Part shown: one piece after another, positions 44,325-53,498 of the stretch
How positions within the stretch are numbered: the stretch's first letter is position 1
Layout: each line of letters begins with the position of its first letter
DNA from: a virus
Length of the DNA: 64,000 bases
IMG/VR virus record: IMGVR_UViG_3300008952_000006
Span: 109,035 to 173,034 of that record
Strand: one strand, 5' to 3'
Notes under the pieces: generated by a model
The model's input: only the letters and a program-made list of their open reading frames with translations
Told to the model about the DNA's origin: nothing
Databases searched by the model: none
Translations under genes and position numbers: made by a program

Positions 44325-45715
44325 TAGTTAACCCCCTTCTTTAGCTGACCGAACTCGTCGTAACCTTGTGGTGGGTAAAATGGGGCGGTCTGACTTGGGT
44401 AGTATCGGTCAGCGTACCGCTGTAGGGCGGCCTGCTCCGCCTGAGGATTCCTCGCAACAGGTTGTGGCGTCGGTTTTTTCTTCGCGACAGCCTTAGTCGC
44501 TGGCTTGCCCTTGTACTTGTTGTATGCCTTGCTTATGGCGCTTTGCGCCATGCCTGCGGGGGTGTAGGGGTGGACGTAGTTAGCATAAGCCCCAGGAATG
44601 GCCGCAACTGTATTAGCCGTGTTCTGTGCGGGCGTCATCTTATTCAGCGTGCCTCTCGCCGCGTTGTATGCAAAGTCCCCTACCTGAGTAGCCCCCAATC
44701 CCACGCCTACACCGCGCATCGCCCTTCGCGTATTGGTAAGCTTCGCCCAGGGACTAGCAACATTCTTCATAAACGGTACTGCGCCAGTCACCTGACCAGC
44801 GAGTGAGGCTGTCCCCTTAGCCGCCTTAAGCGATTTGGGCAGATTGCGTCCTACGCCTGCGGCCCACTTGGGTGTCTGCAGCATCATCCCTGACCAATGG
44901 CGGTTCCAAGGCATGCCGCCGCTCAAAGCCGATTTTGCTTGTCGGAAGTGTCTAGCGCTCCGCAGCTTTTGGGTAACATTAGATGCATTAAGAGCGCCGC
45001 GCCCCAGCCAAGCAGCCCTAGCGCCTTTAGCTGCAAGGGTAGCGCCTTTGGCTCCCCCAGAAACAGCAGCCCCAACAGGAGTGACCATCGCAGCAGTTGC
45101 GGCGTAATCTGCTGCAGTCCAGGGATTGCGTTTCGCCCAACCTGCGCCACGGGTAAGAGCGGAGTCTCTAAAGGGCGAGTAGGTGTCTCCCAGAGCCTTA
45201 GAAAGGAAAGTTTGGCCCGGAGCCATCCTTGCGTCTCTAAATGCCGATTGCGCTTTTGCTGGGTTAGTCTTTTGGAGCGCTCTCACCTGCTTTTGGACGG
45301 GGTGGGTGCCTGTGGCTGCCTGGGCGACAGTTTTTGCCATGCTGCCAGTGTGTGACGCGCCACGCTTGAAATCCCCAAAGACTCCCTTAACAGCCCCGCC
45401 GGTTCTGCCAGACTTCCAAGAACTTGGAGAAAGGACCGCGCCAGCACCTCGTTTAAGGTTCTGCCAGCCTCTTCCAACCAAATTAAAATCATCACCCTGT
45501 CTGGGCGTGTTCCATTGAGACGGGGCGGGTGGTTTTGGGGGGCCCTGTGTTGTCTGCCCCTTAGCGATACGCTTTATAACTTTGCCTTGCGGATCTGTTA
45601 TTACAGCACCAGCTTGCTTCTCCATGGGAGCAGATAGCCCGCGCACAAAAGCATCATAGACAGCCTTGCGTGCGGCTACCTTTATTAGTGCATTTTGTAG
45701 GGCGTCTTCTTTCAT
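44324..45715 (-). CDS. Basic protein with KxA leader (putative head cargo)
   Basis: LIKVA (residue 14) and MEKQA (residue 35); highly basic, A/G-rich. Confidence 0.6.
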   Translation of the reverse strand: MKEDALQNALIKVAARKAVYDAFVRGLSAPMEKQAGAVITDPQGKVIKRIAKGQTTQGPPKPPAPSQWNTPRQGDDFNLVGRGWQNLKRGAGAVLSPSSWKSGRTGGAVKGVFGDFKRGASHTGSMAKTVAQAATGTHPVQKQVRALQKTNPAKAQSAFRDARMAPGQTFLSKALGDTYSPFRDSALTRGAGWAKRNPWTAADYAATAAMVTPVGAAVSGGAKGATLAAKGARAAWLGRGALNASNVTQKLRSARHFRQAKSALSGGMPWNRHWSGMMLQTPKWAAGVGRNLPKSLKAAKGTASLAGQVTGAVPFMKNVASPWAKLTNTRRAMRGVGVGLGATQVGDFAYNAARGTLNKMTPAQNTANTVAAIPGAYANYVHPYTPAGMAQSAISKAYNKYKGKPATKAVAKKKPTPQPVARNPQAEQAALQRYADRYYPSQTAPFYPPQGYDEFGQLKKGVN

Positions 45716-47376
45716 TTTAGATTACCTTGGTGTTTGGCCCGAAAGTTCCCCTGCCAATCAGTCCCGACAGCGGGATTATTCTTATCCCATGTAGCGCCTC
45801 GGGAGTTCTTTTGATAATCCCAGGCCTTATCGGAGAGACCGGGCGGTCTAGGCCCGATGAATTTTGTCCGATCAGCATTTCTCTTGGCATCTTTCGGTGT
45901 CTGTTCGCTTATGCCGGATAGGTAGCCCCCCGCCCTAAGCCCTGGATGGTAATCACGGTACCCTGATACTTGCATACCGAGAGTCGGGATAGCCTGTGGC
46001 CCTAGGTATGAGGCCCCCATCGCGGCTCCGTAACCACCCCTCGCAAGCCTTTTGGGGTCCCAAGGGGCTGGACCTTCCCCACCAATAAGCGGCGTGCCTT
46101 TTGGGAGTCCCTGGCCCCCAAGGTCCGTTGGGGTATAGCTGTGCCCGTAAAAACCAGCCCCAGCCCCAGCAGCGCCAAGAGCACCACCCTTCAGTGTCTG
46201 TGCCAGAGGACCCCCAGTTCGAGCCCAGTGAGTATCAGGCTTAAATCCTTCGGGGGCTTTTTTTCTAGCGCCTCTTCGGGTCCAAGCCCTGCCTTCTGGG
46301 GTGGTTGGTATTATTTTGGTATATTCCTTAGTCTCTGGGTGGGGCTTAGTTGATGTGTAAATGTTCTGGCCGCGTCCTGTCCCCCGGGATGTAAGTTTTT
46401 TGGGGTCAAGCCACGTCTTCCAATTCATTAAAGAAGATTGATCAGGTGCGCGGGTATAGTTTTTAGGTATACCGGACGCGTACTGATTTAGAGACTCTGC
46501 CAATTCCTCAGCCTTGGTTTTGGGTGCTGGCCCATGACCCTCTGGCCATTTTTTTGGTTCGGGGGGATTCGCAGGCGGGGTATCCGGGCGACCGCCATGC
46601 ACTGGCTTCGTTTTATTGGTTGGTTTAGATGGTGCGGGCTTAACCGTAGTAGTTGCGCCTGAAGGCTTCACCCCCGCTGCTGCGGTTTGTTGGGGAGTAG
46701 CTTGGGCTGTTGGTGGTCGTGGTGTGAATTTTGGGGCCGCCGAGGACACGCCCCCTTGGTTAATAGGGGTCATATTGGGTTGGGGCGTAGTGGTGGGTGG
46801 TTTTGCTAAAGTCTGCCCCGGGAAACCCGTAGTAGGACCGCCTGTGTATGGGGGTGCGGTTGGCGTGGTCGGTGGTTTTACACGTGGTGCTGCGTCCGTC
46901 AGCGTTTTCCAGGCTTGGCTGAGGCCCTGCCCTTTGGGAGCTTTTCTGTATGCATCAATAGCTGGGCCAGCCCGCTGGAAGAGTTTGGCGGCCCCAGAAA
47001 GCCCCTTGGTTTTGTTCGCTGTCTTCTCTAAGAAAGCTCCGTAATGAGCCATGGCTGTCTTTGGTAAACCAGACCCCATGCCGCCCACAGGGTTCTGCTT
47101 CTTTGCGGCTGTGTTTATATTTTGGGCCATGGGCTTGGACGCGTTTGAGCTAACACCGCGCATTTTAAACAATCGAGTCATAGCATCAATATGGGGGGCA
47201 ATGTTGCCAGAGCCACCTAGCGTCATTGCACTGCCGCCTTGCGAAGGCGTAGGTTGAGAGTCTGCTCTTGGGCCTGACCCACCAACAGAGCTTGCGCCAA
47301 CAATGGCGGTCTTAATTTTAGCGGTATGACGCAAAATCCTAAGTGCTGCTTCCTTGTCGAATTCGATGTCAACCAT
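45712..47376 (-). CDS. Basic P/T-rich protein with multiple KxA motifs (putative head cargo)
   Basis: FDKEA, KIKTA, LPKTA, FLEKTA; glycine-rich GGALGAAGAGAG segment. Confidence 0.6.
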   Translation of the reverse strand: MVDIEFDKEAALRILRHTAKIKTAIVGASSVGGSGPRADSQPTPSQGGSAMTLGGSGNIAPHIDAMTRLFKMRGVSSNASKPMAQNINTAAKKQNPVGGMGSGLPKTAMAHYGAFLEKTANKTKGLSGAAKLFQRAGPAIDAYRKAPKGQGLSQAWKTLTDAAPRVKPPTTPTAPPYTGGPTTGFPGQTLAKPPTTTPQPNMTPINQGGVSSAAPKFTPRPPTAQATPQQTAAAGVKPSGATTTVKPAPSKPTNKTKPVHGGRPDTPPANPPEPKKWPEGHGPAPKTKAEELAESLNQYASGIPKNYTRAPDQSSLMNWKTWLDPKKLTSRGTGRGQNIYTSTKPHPETKEYTKIIPTTPEGRAWTRRGARKKAPEGFKPDTHWARTGGPLAQTLKGGALGAAGAGAGFYGHSYTPTDLGGQGLPKGTPLIGGEGPAPWDPKRLARGGYGAAMGASYLGPQAIPTLGMQVSGYRDYHPGLRAGGYLSGISEQTPKDAKRNADRTKFIGPRPPGLSDKAWDYQKNSRGATWDKNNPAVGTDWQGNFRAKHQGNLK

Positions 47377-49316
47377 TACAAAGTCCTCTTGGGAGCCGAA
47401 ATGATGTTCGGGACAAGAACATCAAACGGGTCGTCAGCCCCAGACATTAGCGTCATTAGATTAATAGGACCAGCATTATCCGGTACTTCGATGCGGCGCT
47501 TTAGTGAAAGAGGGGCAATAGACACGTCTACTTGTATGCCCTGAACCAAGGAGAACTCTACATATCCGTTAGAGTCAGTTGTATATGTTCTTTGGGTGTC
47601 GAAGACAGCCGTTCCTGAAAAGAGCTGGGGTCGATGGATCAGGCCAACGTGCACAGTTGCATTCTTAACGGGGGTACCATTCATATGGTACAGGGTGGCG
47701 TACAGGGTGCATAAGCTTGCAGGGGATGGCGGAGAAGTAACTGTCGGGTTGAACACCTCTGAAATTAACTGTATCGCTTGCACGTCTGTGCCTTCCGGCT
47801 CTGAGTACAGATAAGGGTCCGAGGCCTCTAATTTCGAGTTAAACACTGTGTATGAAAAATTATTAGTTGTGAAAGAGCTACCGGCCTTGGTTAGAGTAAA
47901 AATATATTCCCCGGGAGGGATCTCTAAGCGAAGACTTCCAGCAATGTCGGTGACCCCTTGAGCAACCTGAGTGCCATCTAACTCGCTCACAGTCACTGTT
48001 GTAATTGTATGCGGTGTCCCGTTAAGACCAGAGGTTCTGCCAGCGGTAATCTGTACCACTTCCTTGGCTTCAGCGGGAGTAATTAGATAGTGGGTTAGAT
48101 GCGTTTGCACACCAGCGTCATGCCAGACAACGTAAGCTTCTTGCGCGGTGGTGAAGGTGTGGTTTTGTATTACATAGCCGTCTACGCCGATAGCGTAGGG
48201 AGCCTGTGTTGAAACCCCATCAGAGCCTTGAGCAACTATATTACCGCCCTGTGACCCGAGCGCAGTAATACCGAGTGCGGACAGGACGCTCGCAGTGCCG
48301 CTTTGCACGTCAATCTGGCTTGTGGCCCCCGCGCTGCCCGCTGTAGCAGTTAGAGTGAAATAATTAGTGTCGTCCTCTAGCGTCACTAATAATCTATCCC
48401 CCTGGGCACCACCGGCAGTCATGATCAGTGTTTCAAAGAGAAGCTTCAGCTCAAAAAAGGTTACCGCAGCGCTATTGCCAACATTGCTCAGAGCAGGGTT
48501 AGAATTAAAGGTTCCCTCCGCAAGACCGGTATTTGCAGCAAACGTACCCCCGAAGTCAGATAGTGTAATCTGTGAGTCAGAGCCCTGACTATCAGTAGTA
48601 ATCTTCAGGTTTCCACCGTCATCAGAAACATAAACAGCCCCCATCTGGGCGTTCAGTGCGGCTATATACGATGCTTGGCCGGGGCCAGCGCCGTTCAGGT
48701 CAATTGTTCCTGGGGGGTGACCGTCAATTTGATAAGTTGCCGTATCTGTCCCTACACCGAAACCGTACAAGGCAGCACCGCCACTGGTTTCTGCTGGTGC
48801 GCATAAGAACTGGACTGTTTGGGCTCCCGTAGGGGCTGTGTCCGGTAATACCTGAATGGTGACTTGGTCTAGGTTATTAACAGAAATAGTGCTTACTGCT
48901 TGGTCCCCAATATAAGATGCGTACGTAAGAGGAAAGACCGAGGAGCCGGAACTATTATAAAGATGTGCGGTAACGGTCTGACCGATACCACCAACAATGC
49001 TGCTCTCTAGGACGATGTCTACTTCAGCGCCTATCGGAAAATCAGAGATGGGAGTGCCCGCCTCCAAGGTGTCCGAGTAGATAACCACAGGGACATTGCC
49101 GTACTTAAAGCGTAACTGATACTGGCCGGGATCTTCTGGGATAAAGGCAGCGCTTAGGTACAGGTTCGGAGCAGTTGTTACTTGGGTCATAGTGAGTACG
49201 GCTAGTTCAACCCCACCACTCGCGTCTAAAATTTGCAGCACAAAAGGCTCGGCTCCGACTTCTGCGGCGGAATCGAAGAATGGTATTGTTCTGCTTATGC
49301 CTAGCTGTGCTTTCAT
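47376..49316 (-). CDS. Acidic beta-rich virion structural protein (Ig-like/prealbumin-fold domains)
   Basis: 646 aa; VAQGVTDIAGSLRLEIPPGEYIF; TTDSNGYVEFSLVQG. Confidence 0.6.
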   Translation of the reverse strand: MKAQLGISRTIPFFDSAAEVGAEPFVLQILDASGGVELAVLTMTQVTTAPNLYLSAAFIPEDPGQYQLRFKYGNVPVVIYSDTLEAGTPISDFPIGAEVDIVLESSIVGGIGQTVTAHLYNSSGSSVFPLTYASYIGDQAVSTISVNNLDQVTIQVLPDTAPTGAQTVQFLCAPAETSGGAALYGFGVGTDTATYQIDGHPPGTIDLNGAGPGQASYIAALNAQMGAVYVSDDGGNLKITTDSQGSDSQITLSDFGGTFAANTGLAEGTFNSNPALSNVGNSAAVTFFELKLLFETLIMTAGGAQGDRLLVTLEDDTNYFTLTATAGSAGATSQIDVQSGTASVLSALGITALGSQGGNIVAQGSDGVSTQAPYAIGVDGYVIQNHTFTTAQEAYVVWHDAGVQTHLTHYLITPAEAKEVVQITAGRTSGLNGTPHTITTVTVSELDGTQVAQGVTDIAGSLRLEIPPGEYIFTLTKAGSSFTTNNFSYTVFNSKLEASDPYLYSEPEGTDVQAIQLISEVFNPTVTSPPSPASLCTLYATLYHMNGTPVKNATVHVGLIHRPQLFSGTAVFDTQRTYTTDSNGYVEFSLVQGIQVDVSIAPLSLKRRIEVPDNAGPINLMTLMSGADDPFDVLVPNIISAPKRTL

Positions 49317-49327
49317 TTACAAAGTGC

Positions 49328-49555
49328 CTAATTATTAGAAGGTCTAAAAACGCCAATGACTTCTTCTACACTGGCAATCGTAAGAACTGTATTATATCTT
49401 TTTTCTTTGACGGAAGGGTCCCCTAAACTCTTTTCAAGAACAGACTTTAAGAAAGTTCTTTCTGTGATAAGGCGAAGCTTCTCGGCAGTTACGTACTCTT
49501 TTACTTGCTCCCTGAGCTTTTCGAGGGTTTCTTTTTTCTCTGATTCGCTGGCCAA
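49328..49555 (-). CDS. Hypothetical protein
   Basis: TTG start with GGGGG RBS; fills the gap in the operon. Confidence 0.55.
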   Translation of the reverse strand: MASESEKKETLEKLREQVKEYVTAEKLRLITERTFLKSVLEKSLGDPSVKEKRYNTVLTIASVEEVIGVFRPSNN

Positions 49556-49567
49556 GATGTACCCCCT

Positions 49568-49864
49568 TTATTTGTGTCTACTAGTAAGTTGTTCCCATGC
49601 CTGTTGCTTCCTAAGCTCGTCAGGAGTCTGTGGGGTCGGGATCGACTTCCCGATACGCTGAAAATTTGTCTTTATGTTTCGGACTTTTTGTATATCCCCT
49701 TCTGGGGCGGTGGTTGCCGCTGTAGGGGATATTGGTTTTGGTTGCTTGACCGGTGCTTGACTGCCTTGGATTCCAAGCATCTTCTTAAAAGCAGAGTACG
49801 TCCGAGAAAGAAGTCCCGGATCTTCTGCTAATTTAGCCAAGTAGTCTGTTTTACCAACCGGCAT
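49568..49864 (-). CDS. Small basic protein with KxA leader
   Basis: MPVGKTDYLAKLA; P/T/K-rich. Confidence 0.6.
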   Translation of the reverse strand: MPVGKTDYLAKLAEDPGLLSRTYSAFKKMLGIQGSQAPVKQPKPISPTAATTAPEGDIQKVRNIKTNFQRIGKSIPTPQTPDELRKQQAWEQLTSRHK

Positions 49865-49872
49865 AAAAACCC

Positions 49873-51225
49873 CTAAGAAGTAAGTGCGTACATGCCTAAT
49901 CCACCAGCGCCAAGAGCCGCGTAAGGGGCGATCTCCTTGAGGCCTTTTGCTTTCTGCCAGCCCTTGCCAAGGTTCATCGCCGCTTGAGCGCCCGCCCCTG
50001 CGATGCCACCGAGAGCCCCAGATTGGAGCGCAGAGTTAGCAAGACTTGGGCCATACGCCTTCCCGTAGTCTTTCATCGTTTGCCAGCTTTCAAAGGGATT
50101 CTCCGGCAAGGGGGTGCTGCGAGCGCCCTTAGGCAGGGGCGTGTTAACGCCGCCCGGGGGCATATGAACACCCAGCCGGTCTAATTGTTTCGCATCAGCC
50201 ATAGCATTGAATTGCGCAGAGGTTGGGGTCTTGCCAGCTGCCTTGGCTGCCTTGCCCTCAGCGGCAGCTACACGAATAGCTTGTGCTTCTGCTGCTGGCA
50301 GCTTTTGAAGCGCCCGAATACGAGAAGCATCTTTACCGGCACCCAGGAGCGCGCCGCCAACAGCGGTCCCGAAACCAGTTTGCGCCACGTTCTGGGTTAC
50401 TGGGGGACCTACGAAAGAGCTTTTAAGATTTTTTAGCCACCCCGGGAACCCCGCTGTTTTCACTAGGCGGTTACCGTATGTGTCTGTGTAGATGGCCATA
50501 GATGCTTGTTGAATCCCGCTAACCATAACGGAGCCTTCTTTTTTCTTACCCTTCTTCTTGAGAATGGCTGCTTGGATCTTATCTGGCAGCTTAGATTGCT
50601 TGCCTTTGAGCAAAGGGCTCTCGTCCATAGCGGGAGAGAAGGTCGCCTTGGCGGAGCTTTCTTTTTTCTTGTCTACGCCTTTGGTTAGCGCCTTGTAGCC
50701 CGCGATTCCTCCGCCGACGCTACCAGCTGTCCCCCCAATGAGCCCGGGGATCAGCAGTCTGAGCTTTACGGCGGCGTCATCGCCGGAACGAGCGCCGCTT
50801 ATTATCCGGCTGTATGCCTTAGGATTTGTCTTGCTTAGGAGAGCAAGGGATGCGAGGCCAGCGCCCATGCCTACTGCGCCCCCGCCCCAGCCCCCAAGTA
50901 TTGAGCCGCCAGCGCCACCGATGCCGCCCTTTACAGCGCCTTCGGTACCTCTACCGGACTTCTCCCCTTTTTCGAGGCCCTTGTAGGCACCTAAACCCGC
51001 GCCTGCAAGCATTGCGAGTGCTGCTTGCTTGGTCTTTTGCTTCTTTTTCTTAAGGATAGCAGCCTGAATCTGGTCTGGGAGCTTGGACTGCTTGCCCTTA
51101 AGTGCGGGACTTTCGTCCATAGCGGGGGAGAAAGTAACCTTAGCGGCTTCCTTTTCAAGTTCGACTAATGAGACTGCTTTTTTCATGCTCTTTAGTGACG
51201 TGTTGAATCTTAAAATGTCGTCCAT
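49873..51225 (-). CDS. Modular basic protein with glycine zippers, internal repeat and several KxA motifs
   Basis: LEKEA, KTKQA, LVKTA; two copies of TFSPAMDESPxLKGKQSKLPDxIQAAILKKK. Confidence 0.65.
   Translation of the reverse strand: MDDILRFNTSLKSMKKAVSLVELEKEAAKVTFSPAMDESPALKGKQSKLPDQIQAAILKKKKQKTKQAALAMLAGAGLGAYKGLEKGEKSGRGTEGAVKGGIGGAGGSILGGWGGGAVGMGAGLASLALLSKTNPKAYSRIISGARSGDDAAVKLRLLIPGLIGGTAGSVGGGIAGYKALTKGVDKKKESSAKATFSPAMDESPLLKGKQSKLPDKIQAAILKKKGKKKEGSVMVSGIQQASMAIYTDTYGNRLVKTAGFPGWLKNLKSSFVGPPVTQNVAQTGFGTAVGGALLGAGKDASRIRALQKLPAAEAQAIRVAAAEGKAAKAAGKTPTSAQFNAMADAKQLDRLGVHMPPGGVNTPLPKGARSTPLPENPFESWQTMKDYGKAYGPSLANSALQSGALGGIAGAGAQAAMNLGKGWQKAKGLKEIAPYAALGAGGLGMYALTS
50551..51144 (-). 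repeat. Diverged ~100-bp direct repeat (copies at about 51043-51144 and 50551-50653) encoding a ~33-aa peptide
   Basis: AKVTFSPAMDESPALKGKQSKLPDQIQAAILKKK vs AKATFSPAMDESPLLKGKQSKLPDKIQAAILKKK; mostly synonymous nucleotide differences. Confidence 0.9.
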
Positions 51226-51229
51226 TGTC

Positions 51230-52111
51230 TTACTCCGTGAGGTATCGCTGAAGCTTCTTTTTGATAGTATTCTTCAGACGGCTAACTTGATAATCGGGGA
51301 TTTTCATTGCGCGAGCAATATCACCGGTTGAAGAAGTTTGGGTCTTCCCATAGCCAGTTAAATATTCATAAACGGTACGCTCGTTACCGGTTAATTCATA
51401 TTTAAAAAGGCGAAGAACTTCTTCGGATTTTGAGGGAACTAAAGCATATGGGTCTTCTTCAAAACCCTGGGAAAGTAAATCATTACGAAGCTCGGACTCC
51501 ATGCGCCCCGCTTCTGCGAGCGACCACCCGAGATCTTCAGCCACTTCGGTAGTGGTGGGTACGCGCCCCAGGGTCTCTACAAGCTCATCTCTAGCAGATG
51601 TGTACTTTTTAATTTTGTAGACACGATTCTCAGGGATGCGGCCAATATTCTGGTTTTCTACAATAAATCTTTTTGCTTTATCTAGGTAACGGTAGACGTA
51701 TGTGCCTAAAGAACCCTTGCTCGGGTCGTAGGACCTTAATGCGTCCACAAAGCGAAGTTGAAACTCGGACTCAATTGCTGAGTCTGGGATCATCTTTACC
51801 TTGCCTTTGTATACGTTTACTTTGGAGCGAATCATGGGGCGAAAGCTACGGAGAAGTGGGGCTAAGTCCCGGGGGTTTTGGCCTCCGTCCATCCATGCCT
51901 GCCACAGCTTGATCTCGCGAGCCTTCTTGGCGTCTAGATTATCAAGAGCGTTAAAGGTCTCCAGCCCACCGTTATCAGTAGTATCGTCAGTTTTCCTCTC
52001 ATGTTGCTTCACAGCTACCAGTTTCCCATCAACATGGCGCGTGTGTGCATCTACCTGAGTGCTACCGGCATATTTTAGGAAATCGGAAATGGGGTTTGCC
52101 ACGGCTAACAT
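51230..52111 (-). CDS. RNA polymerase sigma-70 family factor (FliA/SigF-like) with N-terminal extension
   Basis: Region 2 DALRSYDPSKGSLGTYVYRYL; region 3 LGRVPTTTEVAEDLGWS; region 4 HTH TGDIARAMKIPDYQVSRLK; start moved to ATG 52111 after GAAGGA. Confidence 0.88.
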   Translation of the reverse strand: MLAVANPISDFLKYAGSTQVDAHTRHVDGKLVAVKQHERKTDDTTDNGGLETFNALDNLDAKKAREIKLWQAWMDGGQNPRDLAPLLRSFRPMIRSKVNVYKGKVKMIPDSAIESEFQLRFVDALRSYDPSKGSLGTYVYRYLDKAKRFIVENQNIGRIPENRVYKIKKYTSARDELVETLGRVPTTTEVAEDLGWSLAEAGRMESELRNDLLSQGFEEDPYALVPSKSEEVLRLFKYELTGNERTVYEYLTGYGKTQTSSTGDIARAMKIPDYQVSRLKNTIKKKLQRYLTE

Positions 52112-52122
52112 ATATCCTTCTA

Positions 52123-52806
52123 CTAGGGTTTGGGGTTGGCCAACATCCCCCAAGCCTTTTGGGCTCGAGAATTAGCGGATGCATCAATAACGGTGCCAGC
52201 CTTGCGCACAGGTGCGGGTTTGGGCTTGCCAGTAAATTTATCTATCGACGGTATTTTTTTAGCTCCAAAGAACTTTGAAAAAGGACTAGGGCCTACCCGC
52301 GACATCGGGGGTGGTGATGGTTCCATGTAGGCCTTGTCTATTGTCGCTTCATTTTTAATCTGCTGCTTTGTTTTTCCCAGGGCTGTCGGCTTAGCGGGAA
52401 CTAGCGCAGTGCTTTTGGGGGTTTTCATCAAGTGCCGAGCCTCACGAGCCTCACGAGCATCGGTTTTTTGCATTCTTCGGAGCTTCCTTGCCGTATCGCC
52501 TGGAAAGCCGGGTCTCGCTTGCGGGAGGCCAAACTCAGCAACCATAGCCGCAGAGGGAGAAATCTTGGTCTTGACAGGGGGCCTGTTAGCTATGCCCATC
52601 CAGGCCTGCTGAACATCAGGGGATAGTTTGGGAGTAGTCCCGGGAATCGTTGAGCTACGTGGTTTGGGTGCTGCTCTGTAGGCCGCTTTCATGGCGTCCC
52701 ACCCCTTTGGGATAGCTTTCAAAACACGTATGGGAGTGTCTAAACGACCAGCCTCTTTCTCCAAGAGGAGTTCTTCAATGCGTTGTTTACGTTCGGGGGA
52801 GAGCAT
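52123..52806 (-). CDS. Basic protein with KxA leader (putative head cargo)
   Basis: MLSPERKQRIEELLLEKEA followed by a K/P/A-rich body. Confidence 0.6.
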   Translation of the reverse strand: MLSPERKQRIEELLLEKEAGRLDTPIRVLKAIPKGWDAMKAAYRAAPKPRSSTIPGTTPKLSPDVQQAWMGIANRPPVKTKISPSAAMVAEFGLPQARPGFPGDTARKLRRMQKTDAREAREARHLMKTPKSTALVPAKPTALGKTKQQIKNEATIDKAYMEPSPPPMSRVGPSPFSKFFGAKKIPSIDKFTGKPKPAPVRKAGTVIDASANSRAQKAWGMLANPKP

Positions 52807-52814
52807 TGAGTTCC

Positions 52815-53030
52815 TTAAGGCTGTTTTGGGGCTGGGATACCAGCCTTTGCGAGGGAAGTAATTTTAGTTGCGGGCTTGCCAATATTACCGGCGAAGTTTT
52901 TTACCTTTTTATAGCCCTTAGCGAGCGCCTTGGCTGCCTGGCCAACGCTGGGTAGCTTAGGCATTCCTATGCCAAAACCAGCTTCTTTGATCTTGCCCTC
53001 TAAAACTTCTTTTCTCTGCTTATTAAGCAT
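52815..53030 (-). CDS. Small basic protein with KxA leader
   Basis: MLNKQRKEVLEGKIKEA followed by an amphipathic basic body. Confidence 0.6.
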   Translation of the reverse strand: MLNKQRKEVLEGKIKEAGFGIGMPKLPSVGQAAKALAKGYKKVKNFAGNIGKPATKITSLAKAGIPAPKQP

Positions 53031-53048
53031 AATAAAACCCCAATATGT

Positions 53049-53426
53049 TTAAGAAGCGAGAAGAGCGCCAAGGCCTCCAGCGCCAAGAGCGCCACCGCCT
53101 GCAACCAAAGCTTTTTGTTTTGTGGGCAACTTCTTCCAGCTCTTGTAGGCCTTACCGAGCATTTTATTACCTTTTGTCCCAATAAGGGATTTTTTAGCAG
53201 CCCGTGCTTTCAAGAGTTTGCGCAGCAAAAGTGCCGTGCCTCCAGCGCCAACAAGAGCGGCTGCGCCGCCCATAAGCTTGCCCTTGTGCTCCTTCATAAG
53301 CTCAGGCCCTTTTTTCATCGGGTTCCTTTTAAGTTGCTCAAGGGCAACCCGGGCTCTCATCATTCGACTAAGTGCTAATTTTTCTTTTCCCTGCTGTGCG
53401 CGCAGCAAATTTTCAAGGTTGCTCAT
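53049..53426 (-). CDS. Basic protein with KxA leader and two Gly-rich hydrophobic segments
   Basis: Start moved to ATG 53426 after GGAGGAG; MSNLENLLRAQQGKEKLA; GGAAALVGAGGTALL and GGGALGAGGLGALLAS. Confidence 0.65.
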   Translation of the reverse strand: MSNLENLLRAQQGKEKLALSRMMRARVALEQLKRNPMKKGPELMKEHKGKLMGGAAALVGAGGTALLLRKLLKARAAKKSLIGTKGNKMLGKAYKSWKKLPTKQKALVAGGGALGAGGLGALLAS

Positions 53427-53498
53427 TATAATAACTCCTCCGAAGTAATTAAGGCTGGGTGCCTTATTATGCAACAATCTGTCATGACAACATAGGCT

